A stretch of DNA of 64,000 nt. Origin: the human T2T-CHM13v2.0 reference genome, Homo sapiens. Position numbers and translations under genes: made by a program. The DNA lies in the NCBI RefSeq assembly GCF_009914755.1, contig NC_060928.1. One strand, written 5' to 3'. Numbering within the stretch: the first letter of the stretch is position 1; every line of letters starts with the position of its first letter. Positions 12,484 through 27,900 of the stretch are shown piece by piece. The notes below the pieces were generated by a model. That model did no database searches and had not been told where the DNA came from. It saw nothing but the letters and a program-made list of their open reading frames with translations.

Positions 12484-13559
12484 TACTTACTTTTAAAATA
12501 CATTTACATTAAGAAAAAAAGAATGTATGTTCATTGTAGAAAATATTACAAAGTTAAAGCAAGTAAGAAACAAAATTATCTACAACCCATCCTATCCAAA
12601 GATAATTATCATTAGCTATTGGTGTATTTCTTGCCTAAATATATGTACTATACATAGACATAGTCCACAGTATAAATAAACTCTGTGGATTGCTTTTTTA
12701 ATTTCACTGTAGAAATATTTTAATTGTTGTTAGGATATGTATAGATTTGTAATTTTTTTTAACCATCTGGTCATTTTAGTATTGAGATGGTTTGAGGAAA
12801 GAGGACATTAGAAAAAAAAAAAAAACCTGTGTACTGGGAATTACAGATCTGAAATTGTCATATACACCACATTTGCAAAATTTTTTCACCTGCCCTTGAA
12901 AAAAACCAAGGCATGATTTTGAATTTTATAAGATGGTCTATTAAGATTGCTGAAACTTGGAGTGCTTTCTGGCAAAACCAGCAATTAAATGAAGAGAAAC
13001 AGAAGCCATCACTAGAAGAGCAACTATTTTGTGGCAGTTACTTGTTTCACTATCTCTTCCCTGTTCTTTACCCCAACATAGTTCATAACTTAAAGTTGTG
13101 GACTTTAAAGCACTCTAAGGCTTTTAAACTTCTGCCTAGTGAGTTAGTATTAAGAAATTTAAGTCAGTGCCATGGGGTTAAATATGAGGTTTAATAAAAA
13201 TATTGGTTTCTTAATTTTGTTTATTAGTCTTACTCCTATAGTCTGTGTGTCGTGAAGCATAATTTCTCTTTTCTTTCTCCTGATGCAACTCAGCCACTCC
13301 AGGATTTTCTCATTTTCCTTCATATTATGAATATGTAAAAATTAAAACAAATACCTTTTCTTTTAGTCATTGCATAGTTGGACTACACTTATTTCACTCT
13401 GAGGTGATAGGGCTCTTCTTTTCTATGTCTTTGCATCTTAAATACATACAGACATTATGCATTTATTTATACTTATATACTAATACAACAGGTCAGCACA
13501 GTCACTCCTCACCCATGTGGGGAGCCAAAATTCTAGTCTGAAAATTGAGCATCAAATAC

Positions 13560-13735
13560 TAATAAGTAACTTATACTGAACTCTTAGGTATGTTTACATT
13601 CTTAATTTAATCTTCTGACATTTTACAGTTGAGGAAATTTGTGGCTTAGAGAAGTTAAATTACCTTGCCCAAGGTCACTTGGTCTTCTAGGTAACAACTA
13701 GAGTTCAAACCTAGGCTGACTGCAGAGCCTACCTT
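13560..13735 (-). mobile_element. MIR fragment
   Basis: ttttacagttgaggaaa...gagaagttaaattaccttgcccaaggtcac. Confidence 0.7.
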
Positions 13736-13759
13736 TTCAGGTGGGATTCAGTACCACCA

Positions 13760-13980
13760 AGTAGCACTTTCTGAACTGTGTTCTATGAACCAAGGTGTAT
13801 TATCAGGCATTACTTTAAACAGGGGTTTTGGGCCAGTAAGGTTGATAAGTGTTGCATATTGTATCACCCCCTCAGAGATTTCACGGCATACATTGGTACG
13901 TTAAAAGCTTTGAAAAGTACTATAGAAAAGAAACTTCAGCATTTTAGCATATCTTTCACAAACTGACCTGGTCACTGATC
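13760..13980. mobile_element. Old hAT-Charlie-type non-autonomous DNA transposon
   Basis: cccctcagagatttcac...ttaaaagctttgaaaagtact...tttcacaaact; related copy near 23960-24110. Confidence 0.5.
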
Positions 13981-15369
13981 CAGTTTTTAAAGAACATCCA
14001 GTTTTCTTTAAAGAACTTTAGTGTCCTGAGAGAAGAGAAAGCGCTGTGGACAGATGGACCTGTCTTCAGGGGAGGAATCTGGCTGCCTCTGCTCGCTGAA
14101 TTCTGCCTTGAGGCCTTCCTTTCATGTTCATGTGCAGCATGGTATCATCCAGCTGTGTAAATCTTACCATCCTTCAAGATCAGTTCAGGATCTACCTGTT
14201 CTCTGAAGATTTTCCTGACCACTTGAGTCCATACCGATATATCTGACCTCAGCAAAGTTCCTGATTATGATTGATGGTAATGCTCTTTAGCACGTGGCTG
14301 TTTCCCCAGTTGGTTCCTAAACTCCTCAAAAGCAGACACACCCTACTTTATATTATTCCCCTGTCCGCTGCTGAGTAGCCCCTGGCCTTACTGCCCTCGA
14401 GGGAGAGGTTAAAGTGTTCCAGTGGTTTTTGTTTGGTTTACAAATACTCTTCGTCTCCCTGGTCTTGAACCCCGGTTGAGACCTGCAGTTCATTCTCAAT
14501 CCTCAAACTTGAGGTGCTCATGTGATCATCTTACACTCATATCAGCACTTATGCTCCCCATATTGTTTTCCATCTGAACACCTCTCACTGATCTTGCGGT
14601 TATTTATCAAAAAAGATTTCTGTTTACAGTGTATTTCACAATTAAAAATTCTACTGATAGTTAAAATAGGTTTCCTAGAACAACCCCTGCTTGGCAGTCA
14701 CCTCCATCTTGCTACATTGCCACAGAGCCTGATGAATCTGCTAAGTATTTATGTTTAGGAATTTCTTTTATGCAGGAAACCCCAACGTTAAGTGGTTCCT
14801 TGACTCCAGTTATGAGTCAAATGGTTTTAAGTATAACCCATATTAGATTTCTATTCATACAGAAATAGATGTCCAGTGTATGAATTATGTTTCAGTTATC
14901 GGAAACTCATTTCATATCATGGAAATATCAAAATAGTTCCTCCAAATCAAATATACTTCCAAGAACATTTTGCAAGCACTAGAGCCATATTGTGTCTATT
15001 AGTTGGATAAATTTTTCTGCATAGGCAAGATTGAATGAAGTGCTTTAAAATTAAATTAGTCTAATAAAAGTATGCACCGAAAACACCACCTTTTCTTTTG
15101 GCAACTCCCTGCAGTAGTCATGGATATTCTTCCCTTGCTCCGAGGGAATTCTGTGTACAAAATTAACATTATCTATCTTCAACATTTTTACTCCATATTC
15201 AGTGTTCATGAATGGCTCTGGAAGTCTTTGAATGGTACCTGCTGGGAAACATTATTTCTACCACTATCCCAATCTTATGGAAATACATGAAGGCTGAACA
15301 ATAGATTCAACTCTCAGTTGATTCTGTTGACTCTGTGTGAACTTTAAGGGATAGTAAATATTTGAAGTT

Positions 15370-15850
15370 TATGTTAATTAAAATATAGATTTGGCTACTA
15401 TAACAGCAATCCAAAATGTTAGTTTTTTTTTTTTTCTCTTACATAAATACCCAAACTGATAATGGCAAAATAGACTTCATAGTCTTTTATGGTACTGTTA
15501 GGGATCCATGCCCCTTCTCTCTTGTTACTCTGTCATTCCTGGAGAGTTGCTTTAGACTTCATAGTCTTTTATGGTACTGTTAGGGATCCATGCCCTTCTC
15601 TCTTGTTACTCTGTCATTCCTGGAGAGTTGCTTTCATCTACGTGGTCTGAGATTTTACTACCATGTCCACATTGCAGCAGTAGGAAGGAAGGAAACAGAA
15701 GGGATTTGCTTCTTCACCTGTACGTGTCACTTTCAGTATCTTTATTCTAGGTAGCCATGTGCATAGCTAAAAATGGTTTTAGTGAGTGGGTAACTAATGA
15801 GATAGAAAGGGAGAAAGGATATTGGGAGGAATCGTAGTCTTTGCTACAAG
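15370..15850. mobile_element. Old ERVL/MaLR solo-LTR relic (LTR33-like)
   Basis: gatttggctactataaca...agggatccatgcccttctctcttgttactctgtcat...ccatgtccacattgcagcagtaggaagg. Confidence 0.45.
15471..15633. repeat. 82/81-bp tandem duplication
   Basis: Copies 15471-15552 and 15553-15633 differ only by one C in a C run. Confidence 0.97.
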
Positions 15851-18189
15851 GTAATACCGTATAATTTTTTAAATGATAAAGTTGTATAAGTAAGGGTCAA
15901 AAGTCACTTGTAGCTAACTTTCATTAGTTCCACCTTTTCCTTGCCTAGCACAGTTAGCATGGTCTTGGTATCTAGTGTAAATCTGATCTTATCCAAACAT
16001 GAATTTGTTACTTTTTATATTACTTGGTTAACTGTTGATTTCAAGTCTCTTTTCAGACTTGTCTCCCAAGTTCACATGAATAGGGCCAGGCTTTAAGTTT
16101 TTTTTAATGCGTTCATTATTACCAAGCAGTGCTTTTTAACACTAGTGTTCAGTAAGTTTATTGAACATTGGGTTATGATGATTTATTGAAATTCTACATT
16201 TATTGCTTTGCTTGGTTGTTAATAGAGTCAATGTCTCTTGTCTTTTTTCTGCCAACTGGAATAATCCCTACTCCACGTATGTGAGCTATATCCTGTATCA
16301 GAAATGTAGAGGAGGCGTGGAATTGGCAAAGATTTGTTACCAAAAATCACTATCAGACCCCATTGCTGTTGGCAGTCAGGGAACCATGGAAAAGATTATG
16401 GGTCATGGAAGGTTATAAGCAAAAGTCTGTGGATTTGCATAGCAGCATTGAGAGGTAGGTCTTACAATGGGCAGGTTGTATTGGAGGACTGAAAAAAAAA
16501 AAATGGAAATATTAAGGAAACACACAGATAGTGATTCCAAGAAGAACTAGCACCAATAGGGCTAAGGCAATAAAAGGAAGAGGTTGGGATTATCAAAATT
16601 TGGAAGCTCACAAAAGCGCCTGGCAAGTTGGGGTTCAGATCTCTGGGGATGGGATGGGGGGGGTACTTGGCTGGCTGGCTGCCTGTTGTGTCTCTAGAAA
16701 ATAATGGGGCTGGTTTGGGGAGTAGGAGTAGGCTTGAATAAATGCTGAGACCACTCCAATTACTATGGTGAGTTGCCTTTAAGCAGCGAGCAAAAGGATG
16801 TAAGTCTCTTCCGCCAGCCCTTCTGCTTCTGTCTAGTGTCCCCTGTTTGGTAAATCCTAATGGGAAGGCTGTTGGCAAGAAATTTTTGCTAAGTTCTAGA
16901 GCCAGATTCACAAAGCAAAATATAGAAAGGTGGGTTTGGAACTGAAAGATAATAATCACTGGCACAGTAGTGGATATAAAGTCTTCCTTTGGCAAGTTCA
17001 GCTGGAAGATATTGTGCCAAACAGTACTGTGACAGAAATTAGAGATGGATCTGGGCCAGATGGTATGTACAAGATTGAGTAGAAGAGTGGTCTGCTCAGT
17101 CTTGAGGAGTGTCTTGCACATATACCAAAGTCACTTTTACGTGAGAAAGCATGCTTTCTATTGCAGTCTAGAGTTTCCTTTCTTTCCTTAGAAATCCGTT
17201 GTGAATCTATTATTCATGAGTTTCCATGACCCTTTGTTGAATTTGTTTGTTTTTAGTTTCTGTGACTCATCGAAAAACTACTTAGTGGATTTTTTTAGGT
17301 GTCTTTTGTTATACTGGACTTTGAGGAGAGAAAGGTAACTAAGATATAATCTCTGTTCTCAGGTAAGCCACACCCTGGTTTGTGGTAGAAGGTGAATGTG
17401 AAGACACTAACATTGTATGTTAAATATTAAAATAAAATGAATCATACCTGGGAAGTGGAAAAGGGCAAGTCTGGAGAATTAACTTCGTGCTTGTCTTTCA
17501 AAGTAGGACTTTGTCAGGCTGAGGGAGAAGTGTGTGGAGAAGTGTGTGGTGGGTGAGGACAGCAAGTAGAAAACACATATTTAAAGGGCATGGAGAAATA
17601 ATTGTTAAGATGACATGTGCTGTATATTTACCAGTTACTATATAAAGAAGCGTTATTCCTTTGCCCTGAAATCTTTCTTTTTTTGGCTTCAAGGGGTCCT
17701 CCTTGTTTCAGAATTTTGTATTTGATATATACCCTCCCCCTGTCCATTATGATTTTTCTGTACTTCAGCCATATTGCTGAGATATTCAACTTTATAAGCA
17801 ACAAGTTCCTTTAAAAAAAAATACCTTTGTCTTCAAACTGAAAGCCGTCTCATCCCTGTTTTTATATAAGTTGCCCTTTGCAGAACAATTTGTAGTTTCT
17901 GTATGTGGATCCTCCCTACTTCTGAAAGGTTGTCTGGAGAGGTATCAGAATCACCAAACAATGAAAGATGCCCAAGCTGCCATGCCACCAGAAGGGGGCA
18001 TGTCTCATTCATATGTACACTCGAGTTCTTGAATTATCATCGTTGCCTTGAAAGGCTGTAGAAGTAAATTATTGGGAAACCATCAGAATGCACCTGCCTG
18101 AGCCTTTCTCCCTCAGTCTTCCTGTTTGTGTTCAGTGGTTAATATTATCCTCTCCACGTATAAAATTTGAATTCAGCAGGACCTTGTAA

Positions 18190-18735
18190 GACACATGCGT
18201 TTCATTTTAAGCTACATCCCATTCTCAGTTCTCTGTCCCTATCCATGGGTGGGAAGGTTCAACCCTGTTCCATGGACATAGCTGATGGGACAGGAGTATC
18301 CAAGCTAGGTCAACTGTATTCTCTCTCCTGGGATTTTTGAATCATGTGGTGTTGTCCACTAAAGACGGCACAGAGTTGGTTGGTAGGCATAGTACCAGGG
18401 TCAGCTCCTTATGCATCAGTCACATACCAGGCAAAGTTATGGGGGAGGAAAACCTAAAAGGTTTGCCAAGGAAGCCAGTCTATAGAGAAAGGAGTGAAGT
18501 AGATTTTCACTTTCTTTCCAGAAAAAGAGATAAAAGAAAGATGATATGGACAGGGACAAACAGACAAAAAGGCTCGGCCTCTGCCTCTGCCTAAGGACCT
18601 TCTAATATTACCATGAGACGTGCCTGTTCTTCCTGCTGATTAGGTTGTGATATAGGCCTGAATCCTTATAACAAACACTATTTTATTTAAGCTAGCTTAA
18701 ATTGGTTTTGGTAACTTGTACATAAATCATTCTAG
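18190..18735 (+). mobile_element. Old ERVL/MaLR solo LTR
   Basis: LTR 3' motif ttaagctagcttaaattggttttggtaacttgta. Confidence 0.45.
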
Positions 18736-20058
18736 AGTAACATACACTCCTTACAGAAATAATCTCCTGCTTTACCCTAAAGGAATTTACTATTATGGAA
18801 AATTCACATGGAAGCCAGGAAGGGAGATTTTTGAGCAGGACCCTCAAATCACATACATGAAGTTTCTGCCTAGCCCTTGTGTCTCATCTGTCTTTTCTCT
18901 CCCCTCACCCCAACTTTATTTTTTTTAAAGGCGTTACATTCACAGAAGACAAAGCATGTTTTTGTATAACCGTAAAATTATTTTTCTATAATTTTTTAAA
19001 GTGATACTTAGCTTTTTGTTGATCTTTTTTGACAATAAAATAATCATCAACTGTGATATATAGTATGAAATTTGAAGAAATTTCTGTGTAAATAAGTGAT
19101 AAAGCAGAAGGCAGCAAACAAGAAAAAGGCATTTACCAACCTCCCAAATAATGAGTAGTGTGTTAGCTTTGATTACAATCCCAAAACTAGTTTTTTTGGG
19201 TGGTTAAGGTTTTCATTTTTAATATCCTTTCTAAAGAATATGAAATTAATGAATTTGAAATAAATCTGTTATTAGGGAGGCATCCGAGTGGCTTATAAAA
19301 TAGATGATTTTACCAAAAACTATTGTTTTTTTTAAAAGGAGGCTAAATATATTCGGTTGTTGACAATACTAATTATTGCTTTACTTATGATGTAGTTACT
19401 GTAAATTTTATTCATATGCTATGTAGTTATAGTGAAAGCAATTAGACTTTAGTTTTCAATTTTCCTATTTGTAAATGGATTTAAAGTCTTTTTGATAGTC
19501 TAGGAACCAATTAAATATTTCTTTAATGGCTCAACTAATTGCTTTATAACTATTACTTATTTTAAAGTGTTTGCTTAGGGTACAGAGAGTTAAAAGCATT
19601 AAGAGATAATAGTAGGCTTAGGAGACTAAGGATGTAAACTAATTGGGGTTCTTATTGTCAGATTTAATATAACATGTTAACATACAGCATTTATACAGAG
19701 GCATTCTTTGTACATGCCTTAGGTTGTTTAAAAGGGCAATTTAAATTTAAAGAAGGCAATTTACTTATCATCTCGGAAATTCTGTCTTGTTGCCCTAGGG
19801 CTAGTATGCACCATATTGCATTTAAAAAAATGTTTGGAAAGCTGTTGGAAACTTTTTGTCAACACGTCCACATTTGCAGTAATATTCTGTGGCTTTGAAT
19901 GTAAATTTAGGAATTTATCATGTTCACAAATAAAGGAGAGATGAAGTTTACTAATAATAAAATGAAACTGATAATCAGTTTTGAATCTAAGCAGTTGTTT
20001 CAGAGGCGGTTTCATGTGAGTCTTTGATTAGGATTTTGCCTTATAGGAGATAAATTTA

Positions 20059-20262
20059 TTTATTTATTAGTTTTTTTTATGTTATATTTTGAGTTCTAGG
20101 GTACATGTGCACAACGTGCAGGTTTGTTACATATGTATGCATGTGCCATGTTGGTGTGCTGCACCCATTAACTCGTCATTTACATTAGGTATATCTCCTA
20201 ATGCTTTCCCTCCCCGCTTCCCCCACCCCACAACAGGCCCCGGTGTGTGATGTTCCCCTTCC
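20059..20262 (-). mobile_element. L1PA (PA5-like) 3' end, heavily 5'-truncated
   Basis: L1 3'UTR agggtacatgtgcacaacgtgcaggtttgttac; TSD taggagataaattta at 20044-20058 and 20263-20277. Confidence 0.93.
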
Positions 20263-21481
20263 TAGGAGATAAATTTAATCTGGTTTTCAGCCATAGTAGC
20301 ATTCAGACTGAATCCTGAAAATGTCCTCTCCACTTTTTGCTGCTGTTGAAGAGATCAGTGAAGGGTTTTGTAAACCTGAAAACTCTGGCTTAGATTTTCT
20401 TAGCTAAATTTCTACTTAGAATCAGTGAGTAAGTGACATATGTTAATTTTCAGTGCTAGTTTAATAATAACTTTTTCATAAGATTTGGTTTCACACACAC
20501 ATAAAGTCTTTATAAAGCCATTTGTTTCCTTTAATTTCAAGACCCAAAATATTAATTTGGAATTAATATTGAGTGTTTTGCTCCTGATGAAGTGTCCTTA
20601 AACAAGTCTGTCATATTGTTTGAACTTTTATTTCTACTTCCTCATCTTCAAGTATTTGTGACTATTTCTCATGTTGCTAAATTTAGTTATTTCTGAAAAA
20701 GTACCAAATGACCTATAAACGCAGGAAGAACAGTCTTCCAAAGCCTGAAGGGGGCTCTGAGTGACTGACTGGCTCTGGGCCTAGGCTACTTTGAAGTGCA
20801 ATTCACGTTTGAAACAGTTCTCGGAGTCTAATGCCCTTCCATTCAGAAGACCTGTAAATGCTTGAGTTGTTTCTCCATCTTCTCTAAAGAAAACCTGACT
20901 GTGTAATTTCTCTAGGATCTTAGGGTCATGCTGCAAAGGAACAAAGGTGACATTAAAAAACACTGTACTTCCTAGTTGCCAATAATACCTGAGTATAACC
21001 CCAAAACATATTTCTTCTCTAGGAACACTAGATCCTGAAGGTAATCTCTCAAAGTAGGAGCAGAGTTGTCCTTACCTGGCTAATCTTCTTGGACAATCTG
21101 TGATTACTGTCAAGAACTTCTGTTCCATTCCATGCTTACAGTGAAATCAGATAAGATGATGACTTCCATGAGACAGGTAAAGGAATTTACACTTGGTTTA
21201 CTCAGATGCATAGTCTCTTAGTTAAGACAGTAGATCTGGCATTTGGGATTTAATAGTGAGGACAAAGAGAGTGCACACACATATCACTATGTGGTTTCTA
21301 GTAACAATTTAAAACCTAAAACTAAAACATGCCTCTTATTAATGTTGTACAGTCAAAAGAATAGCTGCCTTCAAGTTAACATGGACATGACTAATAACTT
21401 CAGCTGCTTACTTTACTTGCTTTCAGATGTGGAAGAGATACTTACTCGCAAATTCCTAATTAATAGGGGAAAAAAATCTAA

Positions 21482-21911
<430 letters not shown>

Positions 21912-21968
21912 TAAAAAGAACTTGGAATTTGGAGCAGGGATAAGGCACTGTTATTTGGTAACGTGAAG

Positions 21969-22233
21969 TTTTTTTTCTTCAACTTTTAAGTTCCGGGTTG
22001 CATGTGCAGGATGTACAGGTTTGTTATATAGGTAAACGTGTGCCATGGTGGTTTGCTGCACATATCAACCCATCACCTAGGTATTAAGCCCAGCATTCAT
22101 TAGCTATTCTTCCTGATGCTTTCCCTGTCCCCACAGACAGGCCCCAGTGTGCGTTGTTACCCACCATGCGTCCATGTGTTCTCATCATTCAGCTCCCACT
22201 TATAAATGACAACATGTGATGTTTGGTTTTCTG
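21969..22233 (-). mobile_element. L1PA (PA10/11-like) 3' end
   Basis: gtgccatggtggtttgctgcac...ggtattaagcccagcat; TSD ggtaac(g/a)tgaag at 21957-21968 and 22234-22245. Confidence 0.9.
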
Positions 22234-23214
22234 GGTAACATGAAGATGTTGTTGTCATGAAAACAGGTTTGATGACTATAGTGTAATAGTGTAATAAGGG
22301 CCTAACCTCAGAGACACTTTCACATTTGGATTTTTCTTTGCTTCCTAGATGTTATCTTTATTCCTGTTGCTTAAAGAACCAGTTTAATGCATATAGAATT
22401 TGGGTTCTTTGCCCAGACACCCAGAGGTACATTTGATAGGTACCTGATTCAGAGAAGGTGAAAATTTTAGATTCTCTATCTCTCTCTCTCCCTTTTTTTT
22501 TTTTTTTTTTTTTGACAGGTAAACAGAAGTAACTATCATTTGGGGTTGTCAAGATATGGGTAGTAGATACCTAATTCCATGAATGCCTTCTCTGTGCAAG
22601 TGCTGGAAAGTAACCTCAGACTTCCAGACTCATCACTGAGATTCTTTTTCTTAAGCAAAATAGTGACGCTCTGCAGGATTTCTATAACTGAAGTTCTCTA
22701 AAAGATAAATTTATATTGCATTAAGAGGGTAGAGGGTAGTATTTAGAGCTATGCTCTCTTAAAAAGAGTAAAGAAATTTCATGTATATGAAGGAACAGAA
22801 AGCATGGGGATAAGTTTTATACACCCTAGAGTGGACTTTTATGATAAAAAGTAATTTACTTGTTAATCAATTTAATTCAGCAATGGGAAAAGATCTTTCT
22901 CTTCTTTCTGAAATCTTACACAGTGAAGGGATGAAAATGGTTATACTACTGGTAATCAGAGATGTTCCTATTTTGTTTTGATGTGTAGATTCCGTAGTAC
23001 CTAGTGTTGTTGGATATTAAGAAAAATTCTAATCCCTGTTCTTGTGGGAATTGCACAAGGAGCAATGTAAACACAGGTAGTGGAGGTAGAGATGTGCTGT
23101 CGTCTACTTCTGCTCTAACTTGAGCAGCCACATCTCACTCAGGGTCATCCCATAGGATGTCCAGGCTGTGGTTGGAGAGAAGTGGGGGGATGAAGACGTG
23201 GGGTGCAATAATGG

Positions 23215-23798
<584 letters not shown>

Positions 23799-24119
23799 TG
23801 TATTGTTTCTTTAGTGAAGAAAAGACTGGGGAGAAGGGCACTTCTTAAAGCAATGTCAACAGCCTCTCATATAGTTAATACATCTCTATGTGGCCCTTCC
23901 CAGAGTGTCCTTCTGTGAGGAGATCCATTACAAATACAAAAAATTCATGTGGCCAGATAAGTTCTATGACCAGATAAGTCTGGCAAAAGCTGTTTATTAT
24001 ACCTGCCTCTTAAAGATTCACAAGGCTGAAAAGTCCTGAAGGAATGTAACTTTCTCTAACCCAGAATTTCACAAACTTATATGAAAACAAAATCTTTATT
24101 TAGTATGATAACCTATTGG

Positions 24120-24500
24120 CATCAATTCATATATTATTTCAGTAAATGTTGGAGACTTTCTGTGTGCCACAGACACCTTCACAGGCTGCTTCAGCGAGGA
24201 CTGGGGGAGGGAGAGAGAGATGAGTAAAAAGATTGAAATGATGATTCCAGATCATGAGGGATACGTTGAATATAATAAATCAGTGTGGGTATTCTGGGTG
24301 AGAAGTGAGAGCTATTTCAGATCAGATGGTCATAAAAGGCCTCTTGAAGAGGTGATATTTGAGCTGGAATCTGAATAATTCAAGTTAACTGGCCTTGCAA
24401 AAATCTTGGAGGGTAGAACCTTCTAGGCAGAGATAAAAGCAAAGGAATTAGTGTTCTTGAGAGCACACTTTGAGGAAAGCTGTTGCAATAAGAGCAAAGA
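24120..24500 (-). mobile_element. L2 fragment
   Basis: ggtcataaaaggcctcttgaagaggtgatatttgagctgga...ttctaggcagag. Confidence 0.6.
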
Positions 24501-24694
24501 GCATGTATAAGAAGTATTTCAATCAAATTTTTATATACAAAATATGTAGTAAATCTTTTTCGAGCATTATGTGCTAGATACTATGTGCCACAGACACAGA
24601 GATGACAGTTACATTTAAAGAGTAGAGTAGTTCGGAGAAGAAAGACTCAACATCTAGGGGATTGAGTGATAAGTTGCATGGTGGAGGTAGCATG

Positions 24695-24900
24695 TTGTAG
24701 TGGCTGAGGTTAGAGCCAGACTGCCCAAGTTCAGGTCCTAGATCCGCCACTTACTTGATAACCTTGGGCAAGCTACTGACATCTGCATGCGAACACTGGG
24801 GACATTCCTAGTGCCTCTCAGTGGATTGTTAGTATATGCAAAGTTGTTAGGACAGTGCCTGGAACATAAGGACCACATGCTAAAATTGAAGATGATGATG
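24695..24900 (+). mobile_element. MIR
   Basis: gagccagactgcccaagttca...gccacttact...accttgggcaag...acagtgcctggaacata. Confidence 0.8.
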
Positions 24901-27900
24901 TTAGAGATATTCCCGTCATAACCATCATCGTTACAGTTGTCATCACTGTAATCTTTTAGTGCCATGGTCCAGCTCAGATGCCTGAGTCTTCATGCCCTCC
25001 TAATGGGCCCCAGGTTTGCCCATCAGAGTCTTACACATGATCACCCACACCATGTAGGCACTATTCTTACCCAGCAAAGAGATTAAAACTTGCTTCATCT
25101 GTTTTCTACCCAATTTAACTTTGTTAACCACCCTCTTAAAAAGAAGTTTCTTGAGGATTTATCTCTGGTTGTCTTCCAGTTTGGGTGGCGGGTGGTGGGT
25201 GGTGATAGTTGGTAATAGGGTTGAGGTAGGATGGAATAAATCAGAATCTGCAATGAACCACTTGCTGGATAATTAGGGTAGATGAGAACCACAGGACTGT
25301 AATAAAAATGGATTATCATAACGATGACCCTACGGTGCTAAATGATGCACCATGTTCCTTTTGAATCAACAAAAGTTAAAGTCTTCCTGGAATAGTTTTA
25401 GTACATTATTGATCTCTAATTCTTAGAAAATTGGCAATCCATGTATAGAATAAGAAAGTCTCTATTGCTGCAAATATTCATAACCTGAAGAACCCATTCC
25501 CTAACCATTTTAGATAAATAAGATTTTTATAAAATTAAAGCAATTATTAAAATTCTATTTGTGCATGGAAGAAGCCATTTAGCTAACCAATTATATATCT
25601 AACTTCTGTAACAGCACTTCGGAATTAATCTAATTGCATCCTATTGAAAGTCAGTCACCTTTTGCAACATGACAATTTTATGCCAAGAGAATGAAAATGT
25701 CAGGTATTTCCATTACAGAGAGTCACATTTTCCCTTGATTGTTTCAGGCAGAAAGAAAGCGACTCAGATTAATCTGTTTAGAACTATTTTCAGTTATCTG
25801 TATATGTCATACATGCTGTCATGTTCTAAGACCACTTTGTTCTTGGATACTGCTTTCCAAAATCTATGGGATTCTACTCTTAAAAAAAAAAAAGAATATC
25901 TCGCTTTACATATCATTTTATTCTGGGGAAGCCTAATTAGCACATTAATATCAGAGAGCTGACAACCTCCTACATGTTATTTTAGGATTCCATGTGCAAG
26001 ACCATATTATTCTAGTTATTTGAATGGCACGTATTCTCCACAGCTTGCTAACAGTAGTTTTGTCTTTTAAAATTTATGTGTTTCCAGTGTTTAGGGTCTG
26101 CTAAGGAGTGGGAGGTGAATGTGTCATCATAAAGAATGTTGCAGCAAATATATTTTGCAGGATACAGCCATTTCCATTTTTTGTAGTACAAAGATCCTAT
26201 CATCCTGAAATCTTACATTGTAGATTGTGTTATGTGCTGCTTTTTATTTCAGTGAGATGAAAGTAATATTCTGAATGAGAAAAGAATTAGAGTAGCATTT
26301 CTCAAATGCCAGTTTTGAACCTAAGTTTAAAATAGAGAGATTTATCACTGAAAAGATTAAGAGAAAAGAAAGAACATTTATGGAATAGGGATTACACTAG
26401 GTATTTTCATAGAGGTATTTAATTCTTGCAGTCAACCTTCAAGATCTGTGAGATTTATCCATCACAAATAAATGTGTTCAGATTAAGTATGTGGCCTAGC
26501 AATTTTGTAAATTACTGTTTTTTACTTTGCATTTACCATTTATGTAATTCCAAGCCAATATTTTGAACCTACTTTTAACAGTTACATAAGACCTTTTAGA
26601 ATGAATTTTGTATTTATCTTTTTTCTCCTGATTTTCTGGCCTTCATTTTTCTGCCAAATATTTTAAAAAATAGTGTTTTACTGTATGTTTTTAGATAAGC
26701 CACCTCATGCCATTCTCGATATAAGTTGTGGTTATTAAATTAATTTAATAAATTAACTAATTATAAACTTGGCCAAAGTCACACAGGTAAGAAATGGTAG
26801 GTCCAAATATATAAACCTAAATATGATAAATTTCCGAGTACTTGCTGTTCTCTTTGCACCTTGCTGCCTTATGGAATCAAGGTAAAAATAAAGAAAAAAA
26901 TGTAAGTGCTTTGAAAGGGTTCACAGCTATTTGTATAACTAGAATATAATCTATTTTGAGCAAAGAGAATTGGGTTATATATCTTATTTCTAGATTGGGC
27001 CAAACCAGTAAGTCATTTTCGGTTTACAGGATTCAAATCAACATTGTATTAACATTAATGAAAATGCCAACTCCCATTCAGAGCAGATGAGCAACAGGTG
27101 ATATCAGAGAGGACCTCTTAGAAAAAGCACCTTTTTTTTCTAGTAACTGCTGATTGTGTCCTACAACCTTCTGTGTTAATTAGCTTGAAGTGCCTCAATA
27201 ATGCATCGGCCAGGTTGCCCAGAACCCTGCAAACATCTTTTCATCATCCCTCATGTTGTGGGCTTTCCTTAATAGGAAGGCAGATAACTTCAGATCTTTA
27301 TGTCTCTTAGATTTTATAGTTTTGAAAAAGTGACAAGTCTTTTTGTCAATAGATGCCTGGGTCTTCTTATACTTCTGAAGAGAGGAAAATCAATCCAAAA
27401 GAAAACACAATAGATTCTAATTTTATGGACTGTTCATTAGGAAGTCTGGTTTTGCTTAAGACAACTGTGCTGGTCTAGAAGTTCATAGTATTTATTGATT
27501 TTTCTTCTTTCTGATGATCATTATTGCTATTTTGTAGCAATATTGATATTGTATAATATAAATTCTTTTTATTTTGCTAAAGGGAAATGCTTCTGTATTC
27601 TTGAAAACTGAGAATCAAACAGTATTTAAAGTACTTTTTCTGGTTTATCCCCAGTGTCTGTCATAGGGCATAGCTCTAAAGAAGTTCACTCAGATATCAA
27701 GGGTGAATGAAAATTCTCTGAAAGAGAAGTACAAATTATTGTGGGTCCAACTCTTTACCATACATTATAGAAGGCAGAGAAACCATGACCACCTAAACTT
27801 GTAGGACACTGTGGGGAGAAGAGCCTATGAAGTTGATTCCTAATGTAGGTCTGCAGTGGCCATGGAGCTGAGAAATCACCGAAATGGGGAGGAGGAGGAG

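Noticed and set aside
16462-17121. 219-aa minus-strand ORF
   Set aside because: Non-ATG start, no recognisable domain, probably within decayed LTR-like sequence; consistent with chance
21000-21430. Isolated acceptor/donor-like motifs (tag at 21020-21022, gtaatc at 21041, cag at 21425-21427)
   Set aside because: Common by chance in T-rich introns; no coherent exon or coding signal
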